Below, piece by piece: positions 54,817 through 63,178 of a DNA stretch of 64,000 nucleotides. The stretch spans positions 22,209 to 86,208 of the forward strand of contig CAYLSA010000002.1 of assembly GCA_964386575.1 (NCBI GenBank), in the 5' to 3' direction. Made by a program: the position numbers and the translations under genes. The first letter of the stretch is position 1. Each line of letters starts with the position of its first letter. Source of the DNA: an uncultured Oscillospiraceae bacterium (lineage in GTDB: Bacteria > Bacillota > Clostridia > Oscillospirales > Oscillospiraceae). The notes beneath the pieces are model-generated. The model was given only the letters and a program-made list of their open reading frames with translations, did no database searches and was not told the origin of the DNA.

Positions 54817-55731
54817 ATGATCGAACGATCGGATTTTTTCGGTTATGAGAAATATGTCATCCGCGTGGGCGAGTTGGCGGTGTCCGTGCTCACGCTGGGC
54901 GCGACGGTGAGCGCCATCGAATTCCACGGCAAGCCCGTGGCGCTTGGGTATGAAACGGCGCAGGAATATCTCGACTGCGACAGTTGCGCGGGCGCCATCG
55001 TCGGGCGTGTGGCGGGCCGCGTGGCCGGGGCGCGCTTTTCGATGAACGGCAAGGAATATAAGCTCGAGGCAAACGAGGGCGAGAACCATCTGCACGGCGG
55101 CCCCAACAGCTTCGACAAGCGCCGCTGGACGGCGGAGATCCAGGCCCCGAACCGCATCCGCTTTGTGCTGCCCTCGCCCGATGGCGACAACGGTTACCCC
55201 GGCAATCTGCTCACGGCGGTCAGCTATTCGATCCTCAACGACACGCTGCACATCGACTTCGAGGCCGACACCGGCGCGGACACGCCCTTTGCACCCACCA
55301 GCCACATCTATTTCAATCTCGGCGGCACGGAGGATATTCTGTCCACGCGTCTGGCCGTGAATGCCGCGCAGTATTTGCCGCTGGGGCCCGACGGGCTGCC
55401 GCTGGGCGAGGCCGAGGCCGTGCAGGGCGACTATGATTTTTCCGAGCTGCGGCCCCTTGGCCGCGACTACGACGACTGCTTCGTGCTTTCCGGCAAGCAG
55501 GCCGCCATGGCGGAGGACGGTGGCGTGGGTGTTGCGATGCGCACGGACTTCCCCATGCTCATCCTCTATACCGGTGGAAAACTCAACGCCCCGCTGCACA
55601 AAAGCCAGGGCTTCTGTCTGGAGCCGTCGTTTGGCCCGGACTGCCTGAACCGGCCGGAGCCGCCCATCTTGCACAAGGGCGAGATGTTCCGCCGCTTCGC
55701 GGAGTATCGCTTCTATCGCCGCGAGGAATAA
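54817..55731 (+). CDS. aldose 1-epimerase (galactose mutarotase) family protein
   Basis: GENHLHGGPNSFDKRRW, HIYFNL and FCLEP blocks. AGGAGG RBS. Confidence 0.8.
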   Translation: MIERSDFFGYEKYVIRVGELAVSVLTLGATVSAIEFHGKPVALGYETAQEYLDCDSCAGAIVGRVAGRVAGARFSMNGKEYKLEANEGENHLHGGPNSFDKRRWTAEIQAPNRIRFVLPSPDGDNGYPGNLLTAVSYSILNDTLHIDFEADTGADTPFAPTSHIYFNLGGTEDILSTRLAVNAAQYLPLGPDGLPLGEAEAVQGDYDFSELRPLGRDYDDCFVLSGKQAAMAEDGGVGVAMRTDFPMLILYTGGKLNAPLHKSQGFCLEPSFGPDCLNRPEPPILHKGEMFRRFAEYRFYRREE

Positions 55732-55790
55732 AAATGGCAGTATGAAGCGCGCAGCACATCATCATTCAGCACAGGGCGAGGAGTCATCTT

Positions 55791-56663
55791 ATGGAATGGC
55801 AGCAGCTAGAGTATTTTTGTGAAACAGCTAAAATGGAGCATATCACCCGCGCGGCGGAAAAGCTTCATATATCCCAGCCGTCTCTGAGCACGGCGATCCG
55901 GCGTTTGGAGCTTGAGCTGGGTGTGCGGCTTTTTGACCGGCAGGGACGGAACATAAAGCTCAATCGCTATGGCGAGGCGTTCCTGGCCAAGGTGGAGCCG
56001 GCGCTGAAGCTGCTGGAGGATGGGCGGCAGGAGCTGCGTGCAATGGCCTCGGACGCGGAAAACCGCATTATGATATCTACGCCGTCGCTGTATTCCGACC
56101 CCGCCATCATGAAGCACCTGCTGACCCAGCACCCCAATCTGGTCATTAACCAGATCTATGTCACGGAAGCAACGCTGGTACAGATGCTGAAAAACAACAA
56201 GCTCGATTTCTGTGTGACATCGCTGGAGCTGAACGATGAGCAGGTCAACTGCGAGAATCTGCGCAGCGAGAACATGATGCTTCTGGTCAGCGGCGAGCAT
56301 CCCTTGGCCGAGCGAACGGTGGTTCGCCTGGCGGATTGCCGGAACGAGCTGTTTATAACCGATATTGCCGGCAGCGCTTATCGAAAGAATCTGGAACGCT
56401 GCTGCCGGGCGGCTGGCTTTGTGCCGAAGTGTGCCTATGAAGGCGCCGGAATCCGCGATGTCATGGAGGCTGTGTCGCAGGGGATATGCGTGGCTATGGT
56501 TCCCGAACCGGCGCTGGCGACCAATACGGCATCGGATGTTCGGGGGATACGGATCGTGGATCCGTCGTACTCCATCACACTGAAAATGTATTGGCCTAAA
56601 AACAAGGTGGAGCGGAGGGTGGTCTCCTCTGTTCGCCAGATCATTATGGAACATTTCCGCTGA
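55791..56663 (+). CDS. LysR family transcriptional regulator
   Basis: HTH: MEWQQLEYFCETAKMEHITRAAEKLHISQPSLSTAIRRLELELGVRLFDR. Confidence 0.85.
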   Translation: MEWQQLEYFCETAKMEHITRAAEKLHISQPSLSTAIRRLELELGVRLFDRQGRNIKLNRYGEAFLAKVEPALKLLEDGRQELRAMASDAENRIMISTPSLYSDPAIMKHLLTQHPNLVINQIYVTEATLVQMLKNNKLDFCVTSLELNDEQVNCENLRSENMMLLVSGEHPLAERTVVRLADCRNELFITDIAGSAYRKNLERCCRAAGFVPKCAYEGAGIRDVMEAVSQGICVAMVPEPALATNTASDVRGIRIVDPSYSITLKMYWPKNKVERRVVSSVRQIIMEHFR

Positions 56664-56691
56664 GGAAGCTCTAACGGAAAACGATCTTGAG

Positions 56692-56718
56692 CCCGTCCGC
56701 TCCTGCGGACGGGTTTTT
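56692..56718 (+). terminator. rho-independent terminator after the LysR gene
   Basis: CCCGTCCGC-TCCT-GCGGACGGG followed by TTTTT. Confidence 0.8.
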
Positions 56719-56785
56719 ATATGTTACAGGCTATGAATTTTGGGGCTCATAGCTAACACCGAATAGATACGCAATAATTAGATAT

Positions 56786-56813
56786 TTGACAAACAAAGAT
56801 ACTCCGTTAATAT
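56786..56813 (+). promoter_or_regulatory. promoter for the TRASH / flavoprotein / ABC operon
   Basis: TTGACA - 16 nt - TAATAT in an AT-rich intergenic region. Confidence 0.45.
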
Positions 56814-56860
56814 AAAAGTAAACCTGAAAGTACAAATCGAAAAGAGAGGTGTCAGCAGCC

Positions 56861-57055
56861 ATGGAAGGATTTTGTCATTATTGCGGACGGCCCATAAAAG
56901 GGGAGCCGGAGATCATCGTTCGCCGCGGCAAAAAGAAGGTTTACTGCTCGGACTTTTGCTTTAAGCTTGATTTTTACGATGCGCCGGTGATCACCTATGA
57001 GGCGCTGAAGGATATGTACAGGCAGCGCTGCATTGAAGTGTGGCTGGACGATTGA
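56861..57055 (+). CDS. stand-alone TRASH / zf-FCS-like metal-binding mini-protein (64 aa)
   Basis: C-x2-C-x20-C-x3-C spacing (CHYC...YCSDFC). An alternative GTG start lies at 56849. Confidence 0.55.
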   Translation: MEGFCHYCGRPIKGEPEIIVRRGKKKVYCSDFCFKLDFYDAPVITYEALKDMYRQRCIEVWLDD

Positions 57056-57073
57056 ATTAGGGGGGATTAACAG

Positions 57074-58870
57074 GTGGTTAAAAATATGGAAGAACTGGCG
57101 GATCGGATCCTTGAAACCGATTTTCTGATCATCGGCGGCGGCCTCGTTGGCTGTATGGCAGCGCTGCGGGCGAAAAAGAACGATCCCAAGATCGATGTGA
57201 CCATTATCGACAAGGCGAAAATGGAATACGCCGGAGACGGAGTTGGTCTGGATAACTTCAACATGGTCCCGCTGCATAAGGAGGATATGTACAAAGACTA
57301 TAGCGAGGAGGATGCCAGCAAAGCAACGTTCGGCGCGAACCGTCTGCATGGACTGGTAAATCCCCGCTTGGATGCCGTTTCAATGCGCAATGCCTATATC
57401 TCCCTTCCGTTGCTGGAGGAGGTTGGTGTTCGGGTGCGCGAGGATGACGGCGCTCTCTACATCCTTCAGGCTTATCGCCGCGGTGTGAACTGGGGCCGTG
57501 TTGAGTATGACGAAAACGGCCAGCCCTGTGAGCCCCGCTTTGGCTCGCTTTCGCGCGGCTCGGATCTGAAGCAGCGGCTGGGCGCCGCGGTTCGGGCCAA
57601 TGGGACCCATGTTCTCGATCGAACGATGGTAACGAGTGTTGTGACGAACGATGGCGTGGCGGTGGGCGCTACGGCAATCAATACGCGAACGAACGAATTT
57701 GTGTTCATTAAGGCAAAAACTGTGCTCATCAGCACTGGACAGGTGGCGCGGCTGTATCCCTACCAGTGGGCGCCGTATCCCAACAATCTGTTTTACTCCG
57801 TGGCATCGCCGGTGAACCACGGCGGCGGCCACATTGCGGCACTGAATGCTGGGGCGAAGCTGGTAACGATGGATATGTGCAATGTATACAACGTTACGAA
57901 GGGCGTGAACCACAGCAGCGGCGGTGGCGGCTGCAACTGGTTTTTCCGCATGTATAACTCCAAAGGTGAATCGCTGGAGGACAAGTATCCGGAAAGAATG
58001 GTCACAAAGATCGGCGGCACCATTCCCGGCGTGAACTATCTGTTTGGGCCGGGCATTGAGGACGCCGAGGTGCTGAAGGATGTGATACTGTCCTATAAGG
58101 ACAAGGCAGAGCCGGACACGGTGAACGCGGTTTATTTCACGGCGGCGACCGAGCCGACAAGAGCACTGAAGTTCCATAAGCTTGCCGGCGGGCTCACCAA
58201 TGAAAAGCCGAGCGAATGTGTTCATGTTTTCACGGGTCTTACGCAGGCGGGTAACGGCATCCTGCGCGAAAACGAGGTGTCCGAGACCGGTGTGAAGAAT
58301 CTGTTCGCGGCTGGTGCCTGCGTGGGCGCGGGCGGATCGGCTGGCTTCACATGGGCTTGCTTGGTGGCGGATCGGGTGTCGGACATTATTAAGAACATCC
58401 CTGCGCCGACCATTGGCGACGAACAGCTTCAGCAGGTGGCGGCAACAAAGCAGTGGGTCTATGCGCCCTATAAGCGGGAAGGCGGCTATGCCGTGGACCC
58501 GCTGGAGATGGAGGACTACGTCCGGCGTATCAACATGGATTATGTGGGCCTGTTCAAATATACTTCGAAGATGGAGCGGGGGCTTGAGCTTCTTAACCGC
58601 GTGAAGGAGAACGCTGTGCCGCAGCTTACGGCGAACACGCCGCACGAGCTGATGCGCGCGATCGAGGCACAGCAGATTTTGGAGATATCCCAAATGCACA
58701 TCCAGTCTTCTCTGATGCGAACAGAAAGCCGTCTTGTGCCTGTGCACTACCGTGTGGAGTATCCCGAACGGGATCCGAAGTGGGAAAACATGGTGATCCA
58801 GTGCGCCAAAGCGGATGGGCGGACGAAATACGAGATCGTAAAACTGAGCGAAACTGTAAAGGATATGTGA
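57074..58870 (+). CDS. FAD-dependent oxidoreductase, APS-reductase alpha (AprA) / fumarate-reductase flavoprotein-like
   Basis: Dinucleotide fold DFLIIGGGLVGCMAALRA...IIDKAKMEYAGDGVGLDNFN, AprA-like. About 595 aa. C-terminal helical capping region. The start could instead be the ATG at 57086. Confidence 0.65.
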   Translation: MVKNMEELADRILETDFLIIGGGLVGCMAALRAKKNDPKIDVTIIDKAKMEYAGDGVGLDNFNMVPLHKEDMYKDYSEEDASKATFGANRLHGLVNPRLDAVSMRNAYISLPLLEEVGVRVREDDGALYILQAYRRGVNWGRVEYDENGQPCEPRFGSLSRGSDLKQRLGAAVRANGTHVLDRTMVTSVVTNDGVAVGATAINTRTNEFVFIKAKTVLISTGQVARLYPYQWAPYPNNLFYSVASPVNHGGGHIAALNAGAKLVTMDMCNVYNVTKGVNHSSGGGGCNWFFRMYNSKGESLEDKYPERMVTKIGGTIPGVNYLFGPGIEDAEVLKDVILSYKDKAEPDTVNAVYFTAATEPTRALKFHKLAGGLTNEKPSECVHVFTGLTQAGNGILRENEVSETGVKNLFAAGACVGAGGSAGFTWACLVADRVSDIIKNIPAPTIGDEQLQQVAATKQWVYAPYKREGGYAVDPLEMEDYVRRINMDYVGLFKYTSKMERGLELLNRVKENAVPQLTANTPHELMRAIEAQQILEISQMHIQSSLMRTESRLVPVHYRVEYPERDPKWENMVIQCAKADGRTKYEIVKLSETVKDM

Positions 58871-58882
58871 TGGTGACTGCCG

Positions 58883-59164
58883 ATGTTTAATATGAAAGTA
58901 AACTACGGGCCGAAGGTAGATGCGGCCAGATGCACGGGCTGCGGCAAGTGCTACGATATGTGTCCTATGGATGTGTTCGGCTATGATGAAAGCACCCATA
59001 CGCTGACGGTAGACTATGCGGCGGAATGTCAGATGTGCTGCTATTGCGAGACGGTGTGTCCGGAGGTGGCCATTGATGTTCAGTTCCCGCTGGGACATCT
59101 GATCGATTTTGGCATAGAGCCGGACAAGATCACGCAGCGCAGTCGTTTTCTGGAGGAAGATTGA
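58883..59164 (+). CDS. 2x[4Fe-4S] ferredoxin-type small subunit (AprB-like partner)
   Basis: CTGCGKCYDMCP and CQMCCYCETVCP motifs. Lies 12 nt downstream of the flavoprotein gene. Confidence 0.75.
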   Translation: MFNMKVNYGPKVDAARCTGCGKCYDMCPMDVFGYDESTHTLTVDYAAECQMCCYCETVCPEVAIDVQFPLGHLIDFGIEPDKITQRSRFLEED

Positions 59165-59228
59165 GGCAAACCTGCCGCCTGCCTGCCAACCATAGAGCAG
59201 CTGCGGCGGCAAGAGAAAGGAACTTTCT

Positions 59229-60206
59229 ATGGTAAAGTACATTATCAAACGCTTGTTTATGATGATTGCTGTCACGCTGGGCGTCATGCTGTTTGTGTTC
59301 TTTTTCCAGTCGGTCTCACCGGACGATCCCACGGCGGCGATCCTAGGCGAAGGCGCCACGGACGAGCAGCGAATGGCGCTGCGGGCGGAACTTGGATTGG
59401 ATGATCCTGTGATCGTGCAGTTTGCGCGCTATGTGTGGAATTTCGTGACAAAGGGCGATTTGGGAACATCCTATAAATCCAATCTGCCGGTCATGGATGA
59501 GCTGCTTTCACGCTTTCCTGTTACCTTTGAGCTTGCGATTGGATCGGTGCTTTTGGGCGTGATCATTGGCGTTCCGTTAGGCGTTTTATCGGCTGTCAAG
59601 GAATACTCTGTTTTTGACAGCGTGATCCTCGCGTTTTCCGTTTTTGCGCGTTCCATGCCGACGTTCTGGCTGGGCCTTATTATGATCTCGCTGTTCTCCG
59701 TTAAGCTCGGGTGGCTGCCAAGCTATGGCATTATGAGCTGGAAAGGCTGGATCATGCCAACGATCGTGGTGTGTGTGGCAACGATGTCCAGTCTGGTGCG
59801 AACGACCCGCTCGAGTATGCTGGAGGTGATCCGGCAGGATTATATCCGCACGGCTCGCGCCAAGGGGCAAACGGAAAAGAAGATTATCATCCGCCACGCG
59901 CTGCGCAACTCCATGATCCCCATTGTCAACACGATCGGCAACACGATGGGTATTCAGCTTGGCGGTGCACTGGTGATCGAGTCGGTGTTCGGCATGCCCG
60001 GCATAGGGAAGTATGCCGTGGACGCGATATCCGCGAGAAATTACCCGGCTGTGACCGGCAGCGTGGTGTTTTTGGCCATCGTGTTTTCGGTTGTGAATCT
60101 GATTGTCGATATCAGTTACACGGCGATCGATCCGAGGCTGCGTTCGTCCATCATCGGAGAGAGTCGGAAAAAAAGCAGACGGGCGCGCGCCGCGCAGGAG
60201 GGATGA
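59229..60206 (+). CDS. peptide-type ABC transporter permease (OppB/DppB-like)
   Basis: MVKYIIKRLFMMIAVTL N-terminus. EAA loop DYIRTARAKGQTEKKIIIRHALRNS. Confidence 0.85.
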   Translation: MVKYIIKRLFMMIAVTLGVMLFVFFFQSVSPDDPTAAILGEGATDEQRMALRAELGLDDPVIVQFARYVWNFVTKGDLGTSYKSNLPVMDELLSRFPVTFELAIGSVLLGVIIGVPLGVLSAVKEYSVFDSVILAFSVFARSMPTFWLGLIMISLFSVKLGWLPSYGIMSWKGWIMPTIVVCVATMSSLVRTTRSSMLEVIRQDYIRTARAKGQTEKKIIIRHALRNSMIPIVNTIGNTMGIQLGGALVIESVFGMPGIGKYAVDAISARNYPAVTGSVVFLAIVFSVVNLIVDISYTAIDPRLRSSIIGESRKKSRRARAAQEG

Positions 60207-60209
60207 AGC

Positions 60210-61121
60210 ATGGCAAAACGAATGACCCCTGCAATGGAGCGCATAAACAAAGCCAATACTACCCGCAGTGGACGGCAGAAGGAATTTACCTTTACCCGTG
60301 ATGCGTGGATGCGCTTCAAGCGAAACAAAACGGCTGTGATCGGGCTCGTTATGATCGTTATCATCCTGCTCGTGGCGGCTTTCGCGCCATGGCTTTGCCC
60401 TTATGATTACACGGAAACGGACTATCTGGCGGCCAACCAGAAGCCCAGTGCGGAGCACTGGTTCGGAACGGACAATCTTGGCCGCGACCTGTTCAGCCGC
60501 TGCATCTACGGCACAAGGATCTCGGTTCCCTTGGGCATCATATGCATGGTGTTCGGCTGCTTGACTGGTGGCTTTTTGGGCATGGTGGCTGCTTATTTTG
60601 CCGGTGCGACAGATAATATCATCATGCGCATTATGGATGTTTTGCAGGCGATTCCCGGCACGCTGCTTGCTATCGTGGTCATTGCCACGCTCGGAAACGG
60701 AACGACGCAGCTAGTCATCGCGTTGCTTATCAGCTCCATGCCGATGATGGCAAAAACTTTCCGTGCGGCGATTTTCACGGTGCGCAGCGCGGATTACATG
60801 GAATCCTGCCGCTCCATCGGCGCGGGGAATATGCGCCTTATGATCCATCACGCGCTTCCTAATGCGCTGGGCCACATCATCATTTTTGCCGTCAGCAGCA
60901 TACCCAGCACCATCATGATCATCACCAGTCTGAGTTATATCGGGCTTGGCATCCAGCCGCCGGCACCTGAATGGGGCGCGCTGCTGTCCGCCGGGAAAAA
61001 CTACTTCATGTCGTATGGCTACATGGTTTTGTATCCCGGACTGATGATCATGTTTACGGTTTTGGCCTTCAATCTTTTCGGCGACGGTCTGCGCGATGCG
61101 CTTGACCCGCGGCTTAAGTAA
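60210..61121 (+). CDS. peptide-type ABC transporter permease (OppC/DppC-like)
   Basis: HWFGTDNLGRDLFSR motif. EAA loop SCRSIGAGNMRLMIHHALPN. Confidence 0.85.
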   Translation: MAKRMTPAMERINKANTTRSGRQKEFTFTRDAWMRFKRNKTAVIGLVMIVIILLVAAFAPWLCPYDYTETDYLAANQKPSAEHWFGTDNLGRDLFSRCIYGTRISVPLGIICMVFGCLTGGFLGMVAAYFAGATDNIIMRIMDVLQAIPGTLLAIVVIATLGNGTTQLVIALLISSMPMMAKTFRAAIFTVRSADYMESCRSIGAGNMRLMIHHALPNALGHIIIFAVSSIPSTIMIITSLSYIGLGIQPPAPEWGALLSAGKNYFMSYGYMVLYPGLMIMFTVLAFNLFGDGLRDALDPRLK

Positions 61122-61138
61122 CACCGGGAGGAGAAAGC

Positions 61139-62182
61139 ATGAAAAAGAAAACAAAAACCGGACTTGGTCCTCCTCCGCTCGTTGAGACGCCCGCGGTGGA
61201 TATTCCGGACGATGCCGTTATTACCGTTAAGGATCTGGTCGTCCACTATGAGACGAACGAAGGTGTTGTGGAGGCGGTCAACGGTGTGTCGCTGGAGCTG
61301 AAAAAGGGCGACTGCTTTGGTCTGATCGGAGAGACCGGCGCGGGGAAAACAACGATCGCGCTTTCGATCATGGGGCTGCTACCTTATCCGCCAAGCCATA
61401 TTATTCAGGGGCGTGTGTATCTGAACAAGGAGGATCTGCTCGAAAAAACTGAAGAACAGATGCGCAAGCTGCGCGGCAAGAAGATGAGCATGATCTTCCA
61501 GGACCCGATGACAGCGCTCAATCCCGTTCATAAGGTTGGCGACCAGATCGCAGAGATCATTCGCATCCATCAGGGCGTATCGGCGGCGGAGGCGGCGGCA
61601 AAGGCAACGGAGATGCTGGAAATGGTCGGCGTTCCTGGCGACCGCTACAACGATTATCCTCACCAGTTTTCCGGCGGCATGAAGCAGCGTGTTATCATTG
61701 CTATCGCCATTGCCTGCCAGCCGGAGATCATCATCGCGGACGAGCCAACAACGGCACTGGATGTCACGATCCAGGCGCAGGTGCTGGATATGATGAAGGA
61801 GCTTGTGCACAAGTTTGGCACAACGCTGCTCATGATCACGCATGATTTTGGCGTGGTCGCGGAGATCTGCAATAAGTGCGCGGTCATATACGCGGGGCAG
61901 GTCGTGGAGGTGGGAACGGTTCGGCAGGTATTCAAAAACCCGTCGCACCCGTATACCATCGGCCTTTTTGATTCCATTCCCGATGTGGACCAGCAGACGG
62001 ATCGTCTTAAGCCGATCAAGGGCATGGTGGCCAATCCGATGGATCTGCCGCCGTGTTGCAGCTTCTATGACCGGTGTGAATTCTGCAAAAGCATGTGCCG
62101 CGATGTAGACCCCGGCTACATTGAGGTCGAGCCAGGCCATTTGGTCAAATGTCTGCATCCGCAGAGGAAGGGCGGTGAGTGA
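61139..62182 (+). CDS. peptide-type ABC transporter ATP-binding protein (OppD-like)
   Basis: Walker A GETGAGKTT, signature FSGGMKQRVIIAIAI, Walker [13 protein letters not shown]. Confidence 0.85.
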   Translation: MKKKTKTGLGPPPLVETPAVDIPDDAVITVKDLVVHYETNEGVVEAVNGVSLELKKGDCFGLIGETGAGKTTIALSIMGLLPYPPSHIIQGRVYLNKEDLLEKTEEQMRKLRGKKMSMIFQDPMTALNPVHKVGDQIAEIIRIHQGVSAAEAAAKATEMLEMVGVPGDRYNDYPHQFSGGMKQRVIIAIAIACQPEIIIADEPTTALDVTIQAQVLDMMKELVHKFGTTLLMITHDFGVVAEICNKCAVIYAGQVVEVGTVRQVFKNPSHPYTIGLFDSIPDVDQQTDRLKPIKGMVANPMDLPPCCSFYDRCEFCKSMCRDVDPGYIEVEPGHLVKCLHPQRKGGE

Positions 62183-63162
62183 GCGTGGCTTTGATCGAGC
62201 TGAAGCATTTGAAAAAGTATTTCAACACGGCGTCGGGTGTCCTTCACGCGGTGGACGATGTGACCATGTCGATCGGTGAAGGAAAGACCATGGGCGTTGT
62301 GGGCGAATCTGGCTGCGGAAAATCCTCGCTTGGAAAAACGGTTCTTCATCTGCTGGAGCCGACCTCCGGCGAGATATGGTTTGATGGCCGGGAAATTTCC
62401 AAAATGAATAAGTCACTTTTCAAAGAGACACGTACGCAGATGCAAATGGTGTTTCAGGATCCGTATGCCTCGCTGGATCCCCGAAAAACTGTCAGTCAGA
62501 CCATCGCAGAGCCACTTGTGATCCATAAGCGGTGCCGGTCGAAGGAGGAGCTGAAGAAAAAGGTCCGGGAGCTCATGGATACGGTTGGCTTGGCGTCGCG
62601 TATGTCCAATACCTACCCGCATGAGATGGACGGCGGCCGACGCCAGCGCGTGGGCATTGCACGTGCGCTTGCATTGGAGCCACGATTCATTGTTTGCGAT
62701 GAGCCGGTGTCCGCGCTGGATGTGTCCATCCAGGCTCAGGTGTTGAATCTGTTGCAGGATCTGCAAAGAGAGAAGAATCTCACCTATATGTTCATCACGC
62801 ATGACCTTTCCGTTGTGCGGCATATCTCCGACGAGATCTGCGTGATGTATCTTGGCCAGGTCGTTGAGCAGGCCACCGCGCAGGAGCTGTTCACGCATAC
62901 CCTGCATCCCTATTCACAGGCGCTTCTGTCGGCAAGACCCGGCATCGATCTGGATAACAGAAAAGAACGTATCATACTCAAAGGGGAGCTTACGTCCCCG
63001 ATTAATCCACCGAAGAACTGTCGGTTCTGTGCGCGCTGCATCTATGCCACGGAGGAGTGCAGACAGACCGAGCCCGAGCTGACCGATGTGGGCAATGGCC
63101 ACAGAGTGGCCTGCCATAAGGTGAAAACACTTACGGATGTTCCGGCGCTGCCGAACAAATAA
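62179..63162 (+). CDS. peptide-type ABC transporter ATP-binding protein (OppF-like)
   Basis: GTG start overlaps the upstream stop. Walker A GESGCGKSS, signature MDGGRRQRVGIARAL, Walker B FIVCDEPVSALD. Confidence 0.85.
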   Translation: MSVALIELKHLKKYFNTASGVLHAVDDVTMSIGEGKTMGVVGESGCGKSSLGKTVLHLLEPTSGEIWFDGREISKMNKSLFKETRTQMQMVFQDPYASLDPRKTVSQTIAEPLVIHKRCRSKEELKKKVRELMDTVGLASRMSNTYPHEMDGGRRQRVGIARALALEPRFIVCDEPVSALDVSIQAQVLNLLQDLQREKNLTYMFITHDLSVVRHISDEICVMYLGQVVEQATAQELFTHTLHPYSQALLSARPGIDLDNRKERIILKGELTSPINPPKNCRFCARCIYATEECRQTEPELTDVGNGHRVACHKVKTLTDVPALPNK

Positions 63163-63178
63163 AAACAGGAGGAAAACA

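Noticed and set aside
57074-59164. Dissimilatory APS reductase AprAB.
   Set aside because: No sat, qmoABC, dsr or aprM genes are nearby. The genes are embedded in a LysR-controlled peptide-type ABC import operon. The call is kept only at the level of an AprA-like flavoprotein fold.
59165-59228. Terminator between the ferredoxin and first permease gene (CTGCCGCC...GGCGGCAAG).
   Set aside because: Imperfect stem with a large loop and no T-run. More likely a simple intercistronic spacer within the operon.
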